DNA from: Sminthopsis crassicaudata
Taxonomy: Eukaryota
Direction of reading: 5' to 3'
DNA: 64,000 nt
Assembly (NCBI RefSeq): GCF_048593235.1
Contig: NC_133619.1
Span: forward strand, 62,944,454-63,008,453
Shown here: piece by piece, positions 14,701 to 26,200 of the stretch
Layout of the letters: every line of letters begins with the position of its first letter
Position numbering within the stretch: position 1 is the stretch's first letter
Position numbers and translations under genes: made by a program
The notes under the pieces: model-generated
The model's database searches: none
The model's input: only the letters and a program-made list of their open reading frames with translations
What the model was told of the DNA's origin: nothing

Positions 14701-16987
14701 CAAATGTGAACATGTCAGTGGGGTGTGGGAGAGGTTTCAGAATGGTAGCTGAGCTTCTGAATACTGATGACTTAGGAAATCACAGCATGTTTCTCCCATG
14801 CCCTTCCCTGCCTCAGGTACATGTTCCATGGAGGCACCAACTTTGGCTACTGGAATGGTGAGTCCAGTTCAAGCTGGAAGCAAAAACAGGGAAATGCAGA
14901 CTATTCTACATTTAAAGGACAAACCTCAAGGGTGGGAAATGAGGCTGATTGCTCCTCCTGTAGCTGCTGGACTAAATTTTTTTTTTTCCTACTCCACCCC
15001 CCAAGGGGCTGACTGGAAGAAAATCTACCAACCAGTCACTACCAGTTATGACTATGATGCACCTCTCTCCGAAGCTGGGGACCCTACACCCAAACTACTT
15101 GCCATCCAAAAAGTCATCAGCCAGGTGCCTATCAAAATTGTGGGTCCTTGATAAGTCTCCTGAAGAGCTCAGGGGCTCAGAATATGGGATGGTAGGTGGG
15201 GGTGGGGGTGGTAAGAGGAGCCTGTGGGGTGAGGGAGGGATGGGTCATTTTAGCTGTGTGTTTCTTATTCCTGATGGTTCCTGACAAAATCAATGTTGGG
15301 CTTAGTTCCAGGAACTTCCCTTGGGGCCCTTGCCCCTCCCTAGCCCTAAGATGAAGTTTGGACCTGTGACCCTGAAGCTGGTGAGACCCTCATCCCACTT
15401 CATTTGGTTCCACCCATTTTTGAGGACTGTCTCTCTTCTCTAGTTCCCACGTTTCTGTTCTTTCCAGATTTCTTTCTGCTTTTGTAGGATGGTGATCTGC
15501 TGAACTTTCTAAATGTCCTGTGTCCTTATGAGCCCATTCACACTCACTTACCCCTAACGTTTGAAGCTATCAAACAGGTGAGGCAACCTCTCCTTCTCCA
15601 GCTGTCTACACCCTCCAGGAGCCCTACCTAGTTGTCTAACCCTGCTCCATCTCCCCAGGTCCCTTAAAATACCTCACGCATGCATGCTTCTTCATAGCCT
15701 ACCTTAACTTCTTCTTTCTCAACAGGATTATGGCTTCGTACTGTACCGGACCTGGCTGCCTCAGAACTTTACAAAACCTACCCAACTCTGGGCACAGAGC
15801 GATAGCATCCATGACCGTGCCTATGTGATGCTGGATGGGGCAAGTACTCACTTCCAAGACCCCTCAAAGTCTCTACCTCCTGAATCCTTCTGTTTCCCCA
15901 CCTTCCTTTCCTCCACTCCCTATTTCTCTGTCTGTTGAGAGGGTGGAGTTTCCAGGATGGAAAGGAGTTAGGAATGCTCTTCTGGCTTCTGTGATGGAAT
16001 AGAACAGCAGCAACGAGAAGCATATCAGCTTGCCCTCATGGTTCCCCTACCCCATTCACAGGTGTTTCAGGGCACTATGGAACGAGACAAGGAAGAAGTG
16101 GCACTATTTCTAACAGGGCAGGCAGGATCCACATTGGATGTGCTGCTGGAGAACATGGGGAGGATCAGCTTTGGGTCCAACTTCAGTGACTTTAAGGTGG
16201 GACAAGCTAGGGAACCACTCTGCCCCAACTCCTTGTAGAAAACCACATAAATGACTGAATGGGGAACCAGCCCTGTATCTCACCCCAACAAGATTTTGCA
16301 AAGGGAAAGGGAAATGGTTGGAAGTGGAGGTTAGAAAATGGGATGCTTATGTGCTTGAAATGATTAGTATGGGTTTGAACTAAGTTTTGTAAGCAGGGAA
16401 ACAAATTTCATTTGCCCTTCCCACAGGGCCTGATCCAGCCTTTGGTCTTGGGGAATGTTATCCTCACTAACTGGCAGCTCTTTCCTCTGAATATTGATGT
16501 CCTTATGGAGTCAGAGAACAGGACATTTAAGACCCAAAAGTTGGATTTGAAGCCTCCCTCTGGCCCTGCCTTTTACTCTGCAACTTTTCAGCTCCCAGGT
16601 CCTGCCTGGGACACATTTCTTTATCTTCCAGGTTGGACCAAGGTATTTAGGGGAAAGTTGGCGGGTGGAGGGGAAGTGTGGTGTGAAGGGAAGGTAATAA
16701 CCCTGAGGACAGATTCTTTTACTATATCTGGGGAGTCCCAGGGAGCCTCTTTACAAATAGGGCTGACCCTTCCTGTTTCCCACTAGGGCCAGGTCTGGAT
16801 CAATGGGTTTAATCTGGGCCGTTACTGGACAAAACGGGGCCCACAACAATCACTCTATGTGCCAGGACCCCTGCTCTTGCCCACGGGTGCCTCCAACAGC
16901 ATCAAGCTTCTAGAGTTGGAGCAGGCACCTCCTAGGACTCAAATCCAGTTTTTGGACAGACCGCTCCTCAATGCCACTATACACTAA
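11710..16987 (+). CDS. GLB1L: Beta-galactosidase-1-like protein (GH35), 625 aa
   Basis: Exons 11710-11766, 11858-12024, 12246-12396, 12490-12550, 13989-14083, 14166-14340, 14426-14484, 14592-14713, 14817-14857, 15006-15124, 15306-15380, 15488-15577, 15726-15839 (GC donor), 16062-16196, 16427-16642, 16787-16987. Signal peptide, [16 protein letters not shown], catalytic-type VENEYG and NSEYYTGW motifs. Confidence 0.95.
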
Positions 16988-17162
16988 ATATACTGATACT
17001 CTGATACTAACCTCCAGCTGACTGCTCTAGGGGAGGGCCGCCCCATGCCCACCTTCAGGGAAGCCAGGCCCCAAGGAGTGAGTGATTCTGTAGCTTTTCC
17101 TGATGTCTGGTTTGGCAGAGAGGCTGGCAATGTACAACTGAAAAAGTGTTTTCTTACCAAAT

Positions 17163-17176
17163 TTTATTGCATTAAA
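17163..17176. terminator. Back-to-back poly(A) signals: AATAAA on - (17163-17168, ANKZF1) and ATTAAA on + (17171-17176, GLB1L)
   Basis: TTTATTGCATTAAA read directly between the two convergent stop codons. Confidence 0.75.
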
Positions 17177-17378
17177 TTTCAGAGACACTGTTTTCCTCCT
17201 CCTTCCATACATATCTCTGCCCCTATTTCTGCTGTGACCCCCTGTGGCTCTCTGCATTATTCTTTGGTACCACAGCAGAGGTATGAGTGAGGGTGGAATA
17301 GGAGTTGGGGAAGCCTGACCCCTTCATTCACTTGGAGATCCCTTCCTCCCCAATAGGCCTGGGGAGGCGGTTGGAAGG

Positions 17379-20300
17379 TCAGGACTGTGCTCCCCTTCGG
17401 TGCTCCTGAAGGCATTGTGTAGAGCAGAAAGAGAAGTCGAGATAGTGAAAGGGGATGAGGCCCTGGAGAGAGGCCCCACAACCCCAACATCGCCTGAAGA
17501 AAAGAAAAACAAGGAGCTGACAGATAGCAACCTCTCCCCCTCACCTCCCTCATCTCCCCCCCCCCCCCCCAGCATTGTCCTTTGTACCTCGTGTTGAGGA
17601 GGCTGGAAGTCTGAGAGGCGGAAGCCCCAAGCTGGGCGGCCAGTCTGCGCTCCGCAGCCAGAGCTCTCTGGTGACAAGAAGTCGTTACAGTGAGGATAAA
17701 ACACTTGACAGCCAGGGAAGCAACTTGAGAAAAAATCAAGCTCTCTATTGCTGAGGCAACATCTCACCTTCTCCCGGTCACTGAGCGCAGCGAATCTCTG
17801 CTGTTCCTCCTCCTCCTGCTTCTTGTGCTCCTCTTGTTTGCGTCGCTGCTCCTCTCGGAGCCGCCGGGCTGCCTTTTGCTCTCGCCGGCGAGCGGCTCGA
17901 TGTGCCTCCATCTCTGCCGTCAGAGGCCCTGGGACCTGGGAAATTTCAAGAAGGAAGAAGCTTAGATGTACCCCTGGCCCAAGGGAGAAGCAGTGCAGCA
18001 CACACAAGCTCAGGCTCCCCCTCCCAGCTCACTTGGGCCTTGCTGTAATCGTGAGCATCTGGATTTTTCTCCATGAACTTGCGGAATTCATTGCGCGTCA
18101 TTTTGTCGGCCGCAACTGCATATGGGGGTCGGGCACAGGAATCCCTGTGGAGTGGATGAGACAACCAGGTTGGTGTCCATCTTCCCCATTATCACCTGGG
18201 GAGACAAAGGCTATGGCCCCAGAGTTGCAGAAGTGGGATCTGCTCCATACATTGTTTTGGAATGCGCTTTCTTTCACAAACCTGACTGTGGGGTCAGCAC
18301 CATTCTCCAGTAGTAGTTGGACTACCGTGTTTCTGCCGGCTGCAGCTGCTGCATGTAGAAGGGTGGAACCCCCAGAGCCCAATGGGGCACTGAGCAGAGA
18401 GAGGACTGTCACGTTGGAGGGGAGAGCATCCAGCTGGGGCTGCAGCTGTCCAATGTCTCCTGCTCGGCACGCTGCCCATAGAGTGTCCCAAAGCTCTTGC
18501 TGCCTCGTGGTTCCAGCCTCCTCCTGAGAAGGCTGCACAGGCACTTTGGGTTCCTGGGTAGTCTGTGGAAGGGGCACACTTTCTTGGGGGGAGTGTAAAG
18601 CCATCTCTATCCCAGTCCCAAGCTCCTGGCTCCTCTTCTTCCTTTTTCTTCTTCTTCTTCTCTTGGGCAATAATTCAAATTCACGAAGATCCAGAGTTCC
18701 CAGGGTCAACTCCACCAGCTCTAGCTCCACAGGGATACTACCTCTTTCAGACCCTGAAGAAAAAAAATGGAAGATCATGTTAGAGGACAGAAAAATTGGC
18801 TCATGGGATATGTGAACTTCTTAGATATGTGAGAATACATAAAGATAGACGAGCTATATCAGTGAAAGCCTAGTTTAAAAAAAAAAAAAATCAAACCTGA
18901 AAATCACTAGTGATAACTACCATGCTGACTGTGGGAAAAAGTCTTCCAGCTTGCACTAGGAAGATTTACCCAGTGGGGATAGCCAAGGGACTGAACACTA
19001 GCAAAGCCCATGGCTCCTTGCTTTGTTTTGTGATCAGTCTTTAGTAAACTGACACATAGGTCTGCTCTGAGAAGTCAGTGATACTGGCTGTGCTCCTCCT
19101 TTCCTAGAGGTCAGAGCTGTTCCTGCAGACACTTGTCTCTTCCACAGGAAAGCACACCAAGGAGCTAGTGAGTGAAGGCATACACCCAGGGCTGGGTTCA
19201 ACAAGCACACAACCACTCACATTCTGGTGCCTTTGTGGCTGAAATACTTGGAAACTTATGTGGCATGAGGCACTTGGTACTTCTTGAGGACAGACTCACC
19301 ACTTGACCCACAGACCTCCTCTTCCTCCTCCTCCTCACTTGGCCTTTTTTCCTGGCTAGGGGTCTTTTTTCCCTCTCTTTTCACTTTCCAGTCTGTCCGA
19401 GGAAAATCCAATCTGGTCATTTCCCTTGGATCTTCTCCTGCATCAAAACAGGAGGCTGTGACCCATAGGCTCCCCAGTAGGCTCAGCTAGGAGAAGGAAT
19501 ACCAGGGTCCTCACCATGAAGATGTGGCAGGGGAACCCTGTAGGAACCAAATGATACCCTTTTCCCAGAATTCAGGTCAGAGAGTAGGAAGAAAAGTCTG
19601 AAGATCTGGGCTAAGCTCTCACCATGAATGTGCACCATGGCCAGCACCTGAAGTACACGCTGAAGCTCTCGGAAGGTAGGTCTACGGGTAGCAAGGGGAA
19701 TATCCCAGAGCCGGGGATCCCCCCGCTGCAGTGGTGCTCCACGGCCCCCGAAGAAGAGAGCCCGGCCAGATCGGGGGGCTCGAAGCAGTATAGTCCCTGC
19801 CTCCCCCAGTGGCCCTGCCCAGCCTGGCCCCGCCAGCAGCTCGCGCACCTCCTAGAAAAGACAGCAGCTCAGCTCTACAGGCTACTTTATTCTGTCCGTC
19901 TGAACTCCAGCCAGAGAGTGACTCAGTAATCACGGAGTGAGGGAAGGCATAGGAGGGTTAAAAATTAAAGGGACTGAAGCCCTAAAGATTTCCACTCTAA
20001 AATTCCTCCTTAAGAAAAATATTACTAATTAAAAAAACAAAGTCCTTTCTATTACACTTAAGTTTCAAGAAACTGAGCTGAGGGAGAAGCAACTTTTGAG
20101 AAGAGATTGCAGTCTTCAAGACCCCACCTTATAGAGGGCAGCTTCGTTGTAGCGCCGTAAGCTGGCTCCAGCGGACCTCGTGGTTCCAGAGCGGGCATCC
20201 TGCAGCCCCTGGGCTGTTCCCCGCCGTGCCCGCACGGTGTAGCGATGAAAAGTTTTATGTGCCACCACTTCCCTCCTGCAGACAGCAGAGTAGTCCTCCA

Positions 20301-21611
20301 GGTGAGAGGGCTGAAGCTAGCTGGGGAGTCCCCTCAGTCCAGCCCCAGTTCCTGCTCATTACCCTCTAAAGACAGCACCAGCAAAGTGGCCTGCTGCAGC
20401 CATGAGCACCACGCAGCACTGAGGGCCCCTGGCCTGCAGGGCCTTGGCCAGCATCTCTGCCTCCTCTGGGGGCTCCTACAAGGAGAGAGATTGAAATTTT
20501 GACTGGAGGCTGAATAACCTGAAAGGCCCTATAGTGTGCCTCTACCCCATCCCCCAGCACATGCTAGCCCTACAGACCCTGGAGGGCCAGGGGGCTACTT
20601 GCCTGCCGAGGCCCCAGGAGGCACCGGTAGGCAGAGAGAAACTGGCCCTGGGCGTTACAGAAAAGCACACGGTGGGGATGGAAGGCACGGGGAGCCTCCT
20701 GGCCCCGGGGGTTCGGCATGTCCTCCAGCTCCTCCTGGTCTGGGTCTGGGTCCGAGTCTGAGTCTTCTGAGCCGGAGATGCTGGACAGGTCTCCTGGGGA
20801 GTGGTTAGAGGGTTGGTGTGGGACCCCCTCAGGAATCCCACCCGTGGTTGTTGGGCTCCGCTCCCCTCTCCTCCTTACCCGAACAGCTCTGCTTTTCAAA
20901 CTCGTGGGCGGCCAGGGGAGGCCGGCCTCGGAGCCGCTGCTTCAGGTTGAAGCGATGCCAGTCCGACCTGTAGTGCTCTCTCTGGGAACGCAAGGGGAGA
21001 GGGGAGAGGAAAAACAGGCTCAGCCCCAAGAACAGAAGCCCCCATTCCACTCCGGTGACCCACCTCGAGACCCGTCCGCACCTGGTCCTGACGGCTCTGC
21101 AAGGACTGGCCACATGCCGAGCAAAACATCCGGTCGGACACTTCGGGGTGGCCCTTGGGGGCCACATCCTTCTCAGACTCTGCAGCGGAGGGAGGAACCC
21201 TCAGGGCTAAGCCGGGGGTGGGGGTGGGGTGGAGAGTGAGCAAGGAGCCGGAGACCACGTCCTCCCTTCTCCCAGGGACGAGGGACGGCCCGTCCAAAAG
21301 GCTCCACCTCTCAATGACCTAAAGGGCGCCGTGAGTACTGACGCCACAGCCACAGCGCAGCAGGAGAAAGCCCCGAGCCCACACACTGTTGCGGGAGGGG
21401 GCGGGGCACGAGTGTCCGAGGTCCGGAGAGGAAACCCCCCGCCCTCCAATCCTCCGGGCCCTCAGCTACCTGAACCGGCCGGGGTCGGGGCCAAGGCCGC
21501 GTCCTGCGCTCGATCCACTAGGCGGAGGCCCTCCAGGAGCGGGTCGCCGGGCCCGAGGTCAAATACGGACACGGAGGCGGGAGGCGGGGCTCGAGCTGGG
21601 TCCGGCGGCAT
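17379..21611 (-). CDS. ANKZF1: Ankyrin repeat and zinc finger peptidyl-tRNA endonuclease (Vms1 orthologue), 711 aa
   Basis: Exons 21611-21470, 21206-21082, 20981-20879, 20793-20603 (GC donor), 20475-20363, 20275-20128, 19851-19623, 19437-19300, 18753-18282, 18144-18033, 17935-17768, 17667-17588, 17493-17379 (2136 nt). C2H2 finger, VLRF1 GTAQ...[11 protein letters not shown], ankyrin repeat, C-terminal CWGC...FCSTQC finger; GCCGCCGCCATG Kozak. Confidence 0.95.
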
Positions 21612-21619
21612 GGCGGCGG

Positions 21620-22120
21620 CTTCGGCTTCTTCCACCTCCACTTCCACCTCCCGCACACAGGGAGCCACTGAGACCACCAGCCCTCTGACCGTTACCAGGG
21701 CGACGGGCGCCGGCGGTGACTGCACAGAGTCCTCGCGGCTTACGGGGAGGTCCTCGGCGGAGGCCCTCCGCACCCACGCCTCTTCAGTCCCACTCAGATC
21801 CCAGAAATACCACCTCGGGTCCGTCACTACGGGGCCCCACGAAGGACATACCGCGGCGCCGTCTCTTAAGCCTCGCCCTCTGAGTTGCCTTGTATTGGTT
21901 CCGCTAAATCTCCACCCGCTACACACCACATGTCCCACCCCCGTAGCGAGCGATTGGTTGTAGCATCTCCACCCCCTATAGTCATTGGTCCGGCTGGCTG
22001 CGGGAGACAATGAGTGACATCCGCCCGGCCTAGCGCTCTGGGTTGGGGCCGGAGTCGGAGCCCTGGACCGCCAGCGCCTTCACCACCGCCTGGGCTCAAG
22101 GAAGAGCCGAGGACCGGTAA
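21620..22120. promoter_or_regulatory. ANKZF1/ATG9A bidirectional CpG-island promoter
   Basis: Head-to-head arrangement, several ATTGG (CCAAT) boxes at ~21890-21990, putative ATG9A non-coding exon 1 ending at donor CCG|GTAACC (22116). Confidence 0.65.
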
Positions 22121-22827
22121 CCGGCGACGCAGGGCCCGGAACAGGACGGGACGTACGTGTCCCCTGAACCAGAACGATCGGGGCCGGAGGGGAGAAATTG
22201 TGGGGGTGGAGGAGCGGGGACGCGCGTGCGACGGGTAACTGGGGGGACTGGGCGGGGACGCGCACTCCGGGTGTTTTGATAATTGGGCACGCGCGGGCGG
22301 GGGCGCGCTCTCGGAAAGGGGTGAAAGGGGGGGGTCCCGGAGCGCGCGGCCACTGTCCCAGTCCCAGCGGTGAACCCCCGGAGCGGTGGGCAGGGGGTGA
22401 AGGAGGGCACGGGAAAAGGGCTCCTCCTTGTCGGGCTCGGAAGGCCAGGCCAGAAGGGAGGCGCTGGCCCCGAGGAAACCTGACCCCGTGGCTGCAGTGA
22501 CCCTGAGGTTGACCCTGCCCGCCCCATCTCCGCCGCCCCTGGGTCCGCCCGGGAAGGCATCGGTTCCAGGGCCCAGAAGGGGAAGCGTGTTTCAGGGCCT
22601 TGGCCGGGGCTCCGGGAAGGTCGGTTAATCACTGTGGCTCGGGAGCAGGGAAGCCTGGGGCTCCCTGACCTGGGTCTGCCCCGGTGTTAGCTTTACTTAG
22701 GGTAGATGGAACGGCCCCTGTAGCCGAAGGCTAAGTACCTGATCTGATCTGTGGCGGGAGGAAGCGCCCACCACCCCGGCCCAGCCGGTGGCTTCCCACC
22801 CCCATTGTCTAACCCCTTCTCCTGCAG

Positions 22828-22880
22828 CTGCAGAACCCCGGGGCACAACTAGAGTGGAACCGATGCTGTCCATGGAGCGG
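22828..22880 (+). other. ATG9A 5'UTR exon containing two in-frame upstream ATGs
   Basis: CCCCTTCTCCTGCAG acceptor, CGG|GTAGGT donor; ATG CTG TCC ATG GAG CGG at 22863-22880. Confidence 0.6.
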
Positions 22881-23265
22881 GTAGGTTCCCCAGGAGTTAT
22901 GGAAACCCTTTGTTGTTGGCAAAGAGCCTCCTTATCCAATCAATCAGTCGTGATTGTATTATTTTCTTATGAAAGACTTTCTGGGAGAGGAGGGAAAAAT
23001 CCCTTTAAATGAAAGTGAAACTCCTCTCCTTAGAGGCCCCACCTAAGAGTCAGCCCTGTCTGGGCCCAGTAAAAACTCAGCTGAGCTGGCGGTGGCCTCA
23101 CTGAAGCCAGCCACCTGGGCTCCTAGCTAGGGTCTGGCGGCCCCTTGGCTGAAGGGAAGCTGGCCCAGAGCAGAGTGGCAGTCTTGTGGAAGGTCTGGGT
23201 GAGGAAGCCCAAGTCTCCCCCTTTCCCTGCTCTCTTGAGGTGGACAAGGCAGGTAGGCCGTGGTG

Positions 23266-26200
23266 ATGGCACAGTTTGACACCGAGTACCAGCGGCTGGA
23301 GGCCTCCTACAGTGACTCGCCCCCTGGAGAAGAAGACTTGCTAGTGCACGTCCCTGAGGGAAGCAAGTGTGAGTTCCCAGGGAGAGGGCTGTGGGGTGGA
23401 GGGGAGACCGGGCAGAGAAGGGTGGTCCTGACTTGCTTATTTCCACAGCACCCTGGCATCACATTGAAAACCTTGACCTCTTTTTCTCTCGGATATCCTT
23501 CCGTGTTGGGTTACGGGGGAGGAGAACGCCCAAACTCAGCCACTTTCCAAGCAGACTGAGGAGGAGGAGGAGGAGGAGGAGGAGGGGTGGCATTGAGGCT
23601 GTGTCCCAGGAGCAGAGGTGGGAGATGCTTAAGGAGCGGAGATGTGGGTGGAAACGATGGCTTTGGGACCCACCTTTAGGGTGTCCTGGTCCCTCACTTA
23701 CCCAAAGTGCTTCCTTAACGGCCACACGTCTATAACCTGCACCAGAAGAATGGCTTTACCTGCATGCTCATTGGGGAGATCTTTGAACTCATGTAAGTAG
23801 ACTGCAGGGTGAAGAGCTTCAGCCTCCTGCTCCCAGTTCTCCCCTAACAGAGATAATGGAGCTGGCCCCCTTGCTGGGGCCACACACGCCCCCCTTCTGA
23901 GGCTTCTCCGTCCTGTCTCTCCCCTCAGCTGTCCTTTCCATGGTCCTTTGTGGGTCTCCCGGGTCTCCCTGACACCAGAAGACAGAAGTACCCTCCTGCT
24001 CCTTTTCCCTCCTAGGCAGTTCCTCTTTGTGGTGGCCTTCACCACTTTTCTGGTTAGCTGTGTGGATTATGACATCCTCTTCGCTAACAAGATGGTGAAT
24101 CACAGTTTGCATCCCAGCGACCCTGTCAAAGTCACCCTGCCGGACGCTTTCCTGCCTGCCCAGGTTTGCAGTGCCAGGTAAGGCCTTAGGGAGGAAGTCC
24201 TCCGTCCAGTTATTGGAACCTCAAGGCGGTGGCAATGAGTGACTTCAGAAATTCAAAATGTCAATTTAAGTTTAAGAGGCTTTTTGTCCTAACTATGCAG
24301 GACCCTATTGATAACAGGACTATTTGATGTTTTTTTTCTCTGAAGATGCCCTTTTTCTGGCCTTTTCCCAAACTGTAATTTTTCACTTACAGCATCACGT
24401 TCTCTTTGTGGAAAATTTTCTCTGGGAAATAGAAGTTTAAGCCTAAATGCCAGCCTTAGTAATGTTATGTTTTCTCTTGTAATCATAAAGCTGTCACTTG
24501 TTCTTCAGCACATTAGGCTTGTTTTTTTCTTAAGGCCGGTCAGTGCACATCAAGGCGAAAACTTGTGGCCACATTGGCTACTGTCATACAATCGGTAGTG
24601 GGTAGGAGGCCAGCATGGAATACATACTCAGATGTAGTGACAGGCCTGCAGAATGGCTTTGGGCCAGGTGGGCCAGGGTGCTCCATTCCTGTCCCCTTTT
24701 CCACCAGGATCCAAGAGAACGGCTCCCTCATCTCCATCCTGGTTATTGCTGGTGTCTTCTGGGTCCACCGACTCATCAAGTTCATCTACAATGTTTGCTG
24801 CTACTGGGAAATCCATTCCTTCTACCTCCAGGCGCTGCGTATCCCTATGGTAAGACGGACTGGGAGGGGGGAGCATGGGAAGATGGTGACGGGACAAGAG
24901 CTCAGCTTCTGGGGCCGTGGCTTTTTCAGTCCACACTTCCGTACTGCACCTGGCAAGAGGTCCAGGCGCGGATCGTGCAGACGCAGAAGGAGCACCAGAT
25001 CTGCATCCACAAGCGGGAGCTGACAGAGCTCGACATCTACCACCGCATCTTGCGCTTCCAAAACTACATGGTGGCGCTCGTCAACAAGTCCCTCTTGCCA
25101 CTGCGTTTCCGGCTGCCCGGCCTGGGAGAAGCCGTCTTCTTCACGCGCGGCCTCAAGTACAACTTTGAGCTCATTCTGTTTTGGGGGCCCGGCTCTCTGT
25201 TTCTTAACGAATGGAGCCTGAAGGCCGAGTACAAGCGCGGTGGTCAGCGCCTGGAGCTGGCCCAGCGCCTCAGCACCCGCATCCTCTGGATTGGCATTGC
25301 CAACTTCCTGCTCTGCCCCCTCATCCTGATCTGGCAGATTCTCTATGCCTTTTTCAGCTACACAGAGGTGCTGAAACGGGAGCCGGGGGCCCTGGGTGCC
25401 CGCTGCTGGTCCCTCTACGGCCGGTGCTACCTTCGGCACTTCAACGAGCTGGAGCACGAGCTGCAGTCGCGCCTCAACCGGGGCTACAAGCCGGCCTCCA
25501 AATACATGAACTGCTTTCTTTCTCCCCTACTCACGCTGCTGGCCAAGAACGGCGCCTTCTTTGCCGGTTCCATCCTGGCGGTGCTCATCGCCCTCACCAT
25601 CTATGATGAGGACGTGCTGGCCGTCGAGCACGTGCTCACGACCGTTACCCTCCTGGGGGTCGCGGTCACTGTCTGCAGGTGAGCAGGAGTGCGGGACGGA
25701 GGGAGGAGACGGAAGCAAAGGCGGCCGTGGAAGGCGGGTCGGCTGGGAGGGATCACCAGGACGCCATCTCTTCCAGGTCATTCATACCCGATCAGCACAT
25801 GGTCTTCTGCCCCGAGCAACTGCTGCGAGTGATCTTGGCCCACATCCACTACATGCCTGACCACTGGCAGGGGAATGCCCACCGCTCTCAGACTCGGGAC
25901 GAGTTTGCCCAGCTCTTTCAGTATAAGGCGGTGAGTGGGGCCGAGGTTAGGGCTGTGATGGCAGCCGCGGGAAGCGTAGGGAGGAGGCTGGCGCCCCTGG
26001 ATCTCTCTGGAATCCTTGCAGCTCCCTGATCCCCAGCCCCTTCCACTTCAGGTATTCATTGTGGAAGAGCTGCTGAGTCCCATTGTCACACCTCTCATCT
26101 TAATCTTCTGCTTGCGCCCACGTGCCCTGGAAATAATCGACTTCTTCCGAAACTTCACTGTGGAAGTTGTTGGAGTTGGGGACACTTGCTCTTTTGCTCA

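Noticed and set aside
21612-22010. In-frame 133-aa N-terminal extension of ANKZF1 from the ATG at 22010
   Set aside because: That ATG lies beyond the CCAAT boxes of the bidirectional promoter, while the 21611 ATG has a perfect Kozak context and matches the orthologous start.
24822-25457. 211-aa minus-strand ORF
   Set aside because: Antisense shadow of the large ATG9A exon.
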